Shown here piece by piece: positions 61,575 through 64,000 of a DNA stretch of 64,000 nt (the stretch's first letter is position 1; every line of letters starts with the position of its first letter). The DNA is from Macrostomum lignano (taxonomy: Eukaryota), in the NCBI GenBank assembly GCA_002269645.1, contig NIVC01000269.1:372001-436000 (forward strand), written 5' to 3'. The notes under the pieces were generated by a model that did no database searches, was not told the origin of the DNA, and saw nothing but the letters and a program-made list of their open reading frames with translations. A program made the translations under genes and the position numbers.

Positions 61575-62100
61575 CCTGGGCCAGGGCCCTGCTTGGACTC
61601 AACAGCAGGGACATCAGGGCGGTGACCATGGCCCTCTGGGGTCATGGCTGTTTTGCCAGCATCGTCACCTCCAGGTAAAAATGCGCAGTGAGGAATGCCC
61701 ATTCTGCCTCTCCGGTGTCGAGAACGCGGAGCACTTCATCTGTGAATGCCCCGCCTTTACTCAGGTCAGGCTCACCTACCTCGGCCCAAACCCGGACCTC
61801 TCCGACGTTTTCAGGCCCGAGAATCTCTGCCAGCTCGTCCGCTACCTAAGGGCTACCGGGCGAGCGACAATCCACCTCCTGGACTCTCCGGAGGGGGATC
61901 CGCGCTGCGGACACCGGCGCCACCGGAACTCCCTGCGCGACACCGCAGCACCAGCTGCCCGTGGTCGCCAGGGGTTAGCGAAATGGGCGGCAACGCCTCC
62001 TCGCTGCTTCCGGACGCACGGAGCCCCCTGCAGCTAAGTCAAAGTCCCCTATTGTACGCGCGATCTTGCATGGTCCCGACTCTGGGATCCTAAGCCCTTT
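61575..62100 (+). mobile_element. 5'-truncated LINE 3' end (ORF2 C-terminus with CCHC zinc knuckle)
   Basis: [21 protein letters not shown] followed by [22 protein letters not shown]...[10 protein letters not shown], typical of R1/LOA/I-group ORF2 termini. Confidence 0.78.
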
Positions 62101-62339
62101 TCTCCGATGAATTACTAATGACTCACCACCTACATGTACACCCAACCCATTCCTTTTTCACCCACCCTAATCTCCGTTCTTAATTTGTTCTGAATCCGCA
62201 TTTTTTACCATGATCTCCGTTAGCATTTTCCATGGTGTGATGACCTCAGTTAGTTCAATTTGTGTTGTTTCGTCGTTGTGATCAAGGAACCAGCTTTTCC
62301 TTCTTTGCTCGGCCAGGTTCAAGCCTTCTCGTCTCGTTG

Positions 62340-63560
62340 TACGCGATGGAGAGTTCTCCCGCAAATCTGTGCATTTTTTTGCAAACACTGAGTAAAGACA
62401 CAGTGCCGTGCTATCGGTGCCTGTCACACCGGCAACCAGCAGCCACATCGCTGCAGCTTGCAAGTCAGCTGCGAAGCGTGAGGATCGGGCGCTGCTTGCT
62501 CGAGCGCGCCAACATGCTGCTTGCTGCGGACGTACTCCGGTGAGGCGGTGCCTGTGCTCGGCCGGATTCGGGTCCGCGTGCAGACCGAGGCCGCAAGTAA
62601 AGTGCTGCAGCAGCTCCTAGTCGACGGCGCCGGCTCGGATCTGACTGGTTGGCCGAGCTGCCTCTGGACTGGCGCGGCATCAAGCAGGTGCGGCAGCACT
62701 CGCAACCAGAACTCCAGGCCCTGCTAGACAAGTACACGCCGAAGTTTTCGAGCCGGGTCTCGGTAAATACACAGGTCCAGCTGTTCGCCTGCAGCTGAAG
62801 GCGGATGCGCGCCCGAGATTCTTCATGGGCCCGAACGTCCCACTCGCACTGAAGGAGAAAGTGGACGCTCAGCTCGAGAAGGAGATTGAGCAGGGAGTGC
62901 TCAAGCCAGTGAGCAACTCCGATGAAGCGTCGCTCATCGACCCCCGTGCTGAAGACCGACGGCTTCGTCCGCATCTGCGCCGACTTCAAGCAGACGGTAA
63001 ACCTGGACGTGCAGCCCGACACTTAACCGTTGCCGAGGATCGAGGAACTTTTCGCGAAGCTGGTTGGAGGTCAGAAATTCACAAAGCTGGACCTTTCGCA
63101 AGCCTACCCACAGCTACTGCTGGACGAAACATTGCAGGAGCTGTGCACAATTAACACGTCGAAGGGCCTACTGCGCTACACCAGGCTGTCGTTTGCGGTG
63201 GCTCCAGCGGTCGGCATTTTCCAACGCCAGATGGACTGCCTCCTGCAGGGAATTCCTCACGTCACCTGTTTGTTGACGACCTGCTGGTCACTGGCGTGAA
63301 CGACCTCAGCCACCTAAATACGCTGAAACAGATGCTTCAGCGGATCCAGCAGAGCGGCCTGCTCTACGGTCTGAATAAATTTTGCTTCAGGCAGCAAAGC
63401 ATTGCTACCATGACCACCGGATCGACGCTGAAGGTCTTCACCCACTGCAAGACAAGGTGTGAGTGATCCTTGGCATTTAATGGCCACCCAGGTCGCCGCG
63501 TTCTGCCGGTGGAAGTCGCTGTTCAGTCAGGCGCCGGTACTGGCTCATTTCGACCGGCAG
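62340..63560 (+). mobile_element. Degenerate Ty3/Gypsy gag-pol relic (Mag-like)
   Basis: CYRC knuckle remnant; protease-region LRTYSGEAVPVLG; RT motifs VRICADFK.TVN, PLPRIEELFAKL.GGQKFTKLDLSQAY.Q, TINTSKGLLRYTRL.F, IFQRQMD.LLQGIP. Multiple stops and frameshifts. Confidence 0.9.
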
Positions 63561-63804
63561 TGAATTAGTGCATTAGTGAATTTGTGCTTTAGTGAATAAG
63601 AGAATAAGTTATTTTTTGCATTAGAGAATAACTACGAGTATATTAGTGAATTAGCGAACTAGTAAGTTAGTGCATTGGTGAATTAGTGAATAAGTGAAAT
63701 AGCAGCGAATTGGTGGAATAGTGAATTCATGAATTAGGTAAATAGTGCATTACTTTGAAAAACTAATAACAAAAGAATAACAGAACTTGCTGAGTTTGTT
63801 TGAA

Positions 63805-63935
63805 GACAGATCCCCAGCTTGAAGGCAGAGATTCCCAGCTTGAAGGCAGAGATCCCCAGCTTGAAGGCAGAGATCCCCAGCTTGAAGGCACAGATCCCCA
63901 GCTTGAAGGCAGCAGAGACTGCCAGCTTGAAGGCA
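63805..63935. repeat. 21-bp tandem repeat (AGATCCCCAGCTTGAAGGCAG)
   Basis: About 6 copies, read directly. Confidence 0.85.
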
Positions 63936-64000
63936 GCAGCCTCAGACAGACAGAGCCTGTGGAAGGTGCCTCAGATGGGGCACCCGACGGCGGACTGCAG

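Overview
Eukaryotic (animal) genomic DNA with spliceosomal GT-AG introns. The GC-rich exons and introns filled with 15-45 bp minisatellites suggest a flatworm such as Macrostomum; this is inference only. Left third: the 3' eight coding exons of a kinesin-4 gene (KIF27/KIF7/Costal2-like, + strand). Its upstream intron holds an antisense PC4-domain ORF and other ORF relics, and another intron holds a solo LTR. Middle: a complete class I bHLH E-protein gene (daughterless/TCF3/4/12-like, + strand) with two tandem, frame-incompatible HLH exons that look mutually exclusive (E12/E47-like). Right half: three minus-strand paralogs of a Cys/His-coiled-coil-NHL gene (one intact, two disrupted), an 11 kb near-perfect 40-bp satellite, a spliced Crypton-like tyrosine-recombinase relic bounded by short inverted arms and a 14-6-14 palindrome, several MITE/foldback/Tc1-like elements, and LINE and Ty3/Gypsy relics. 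No database searches were run; family calls rest on recognised motifs.
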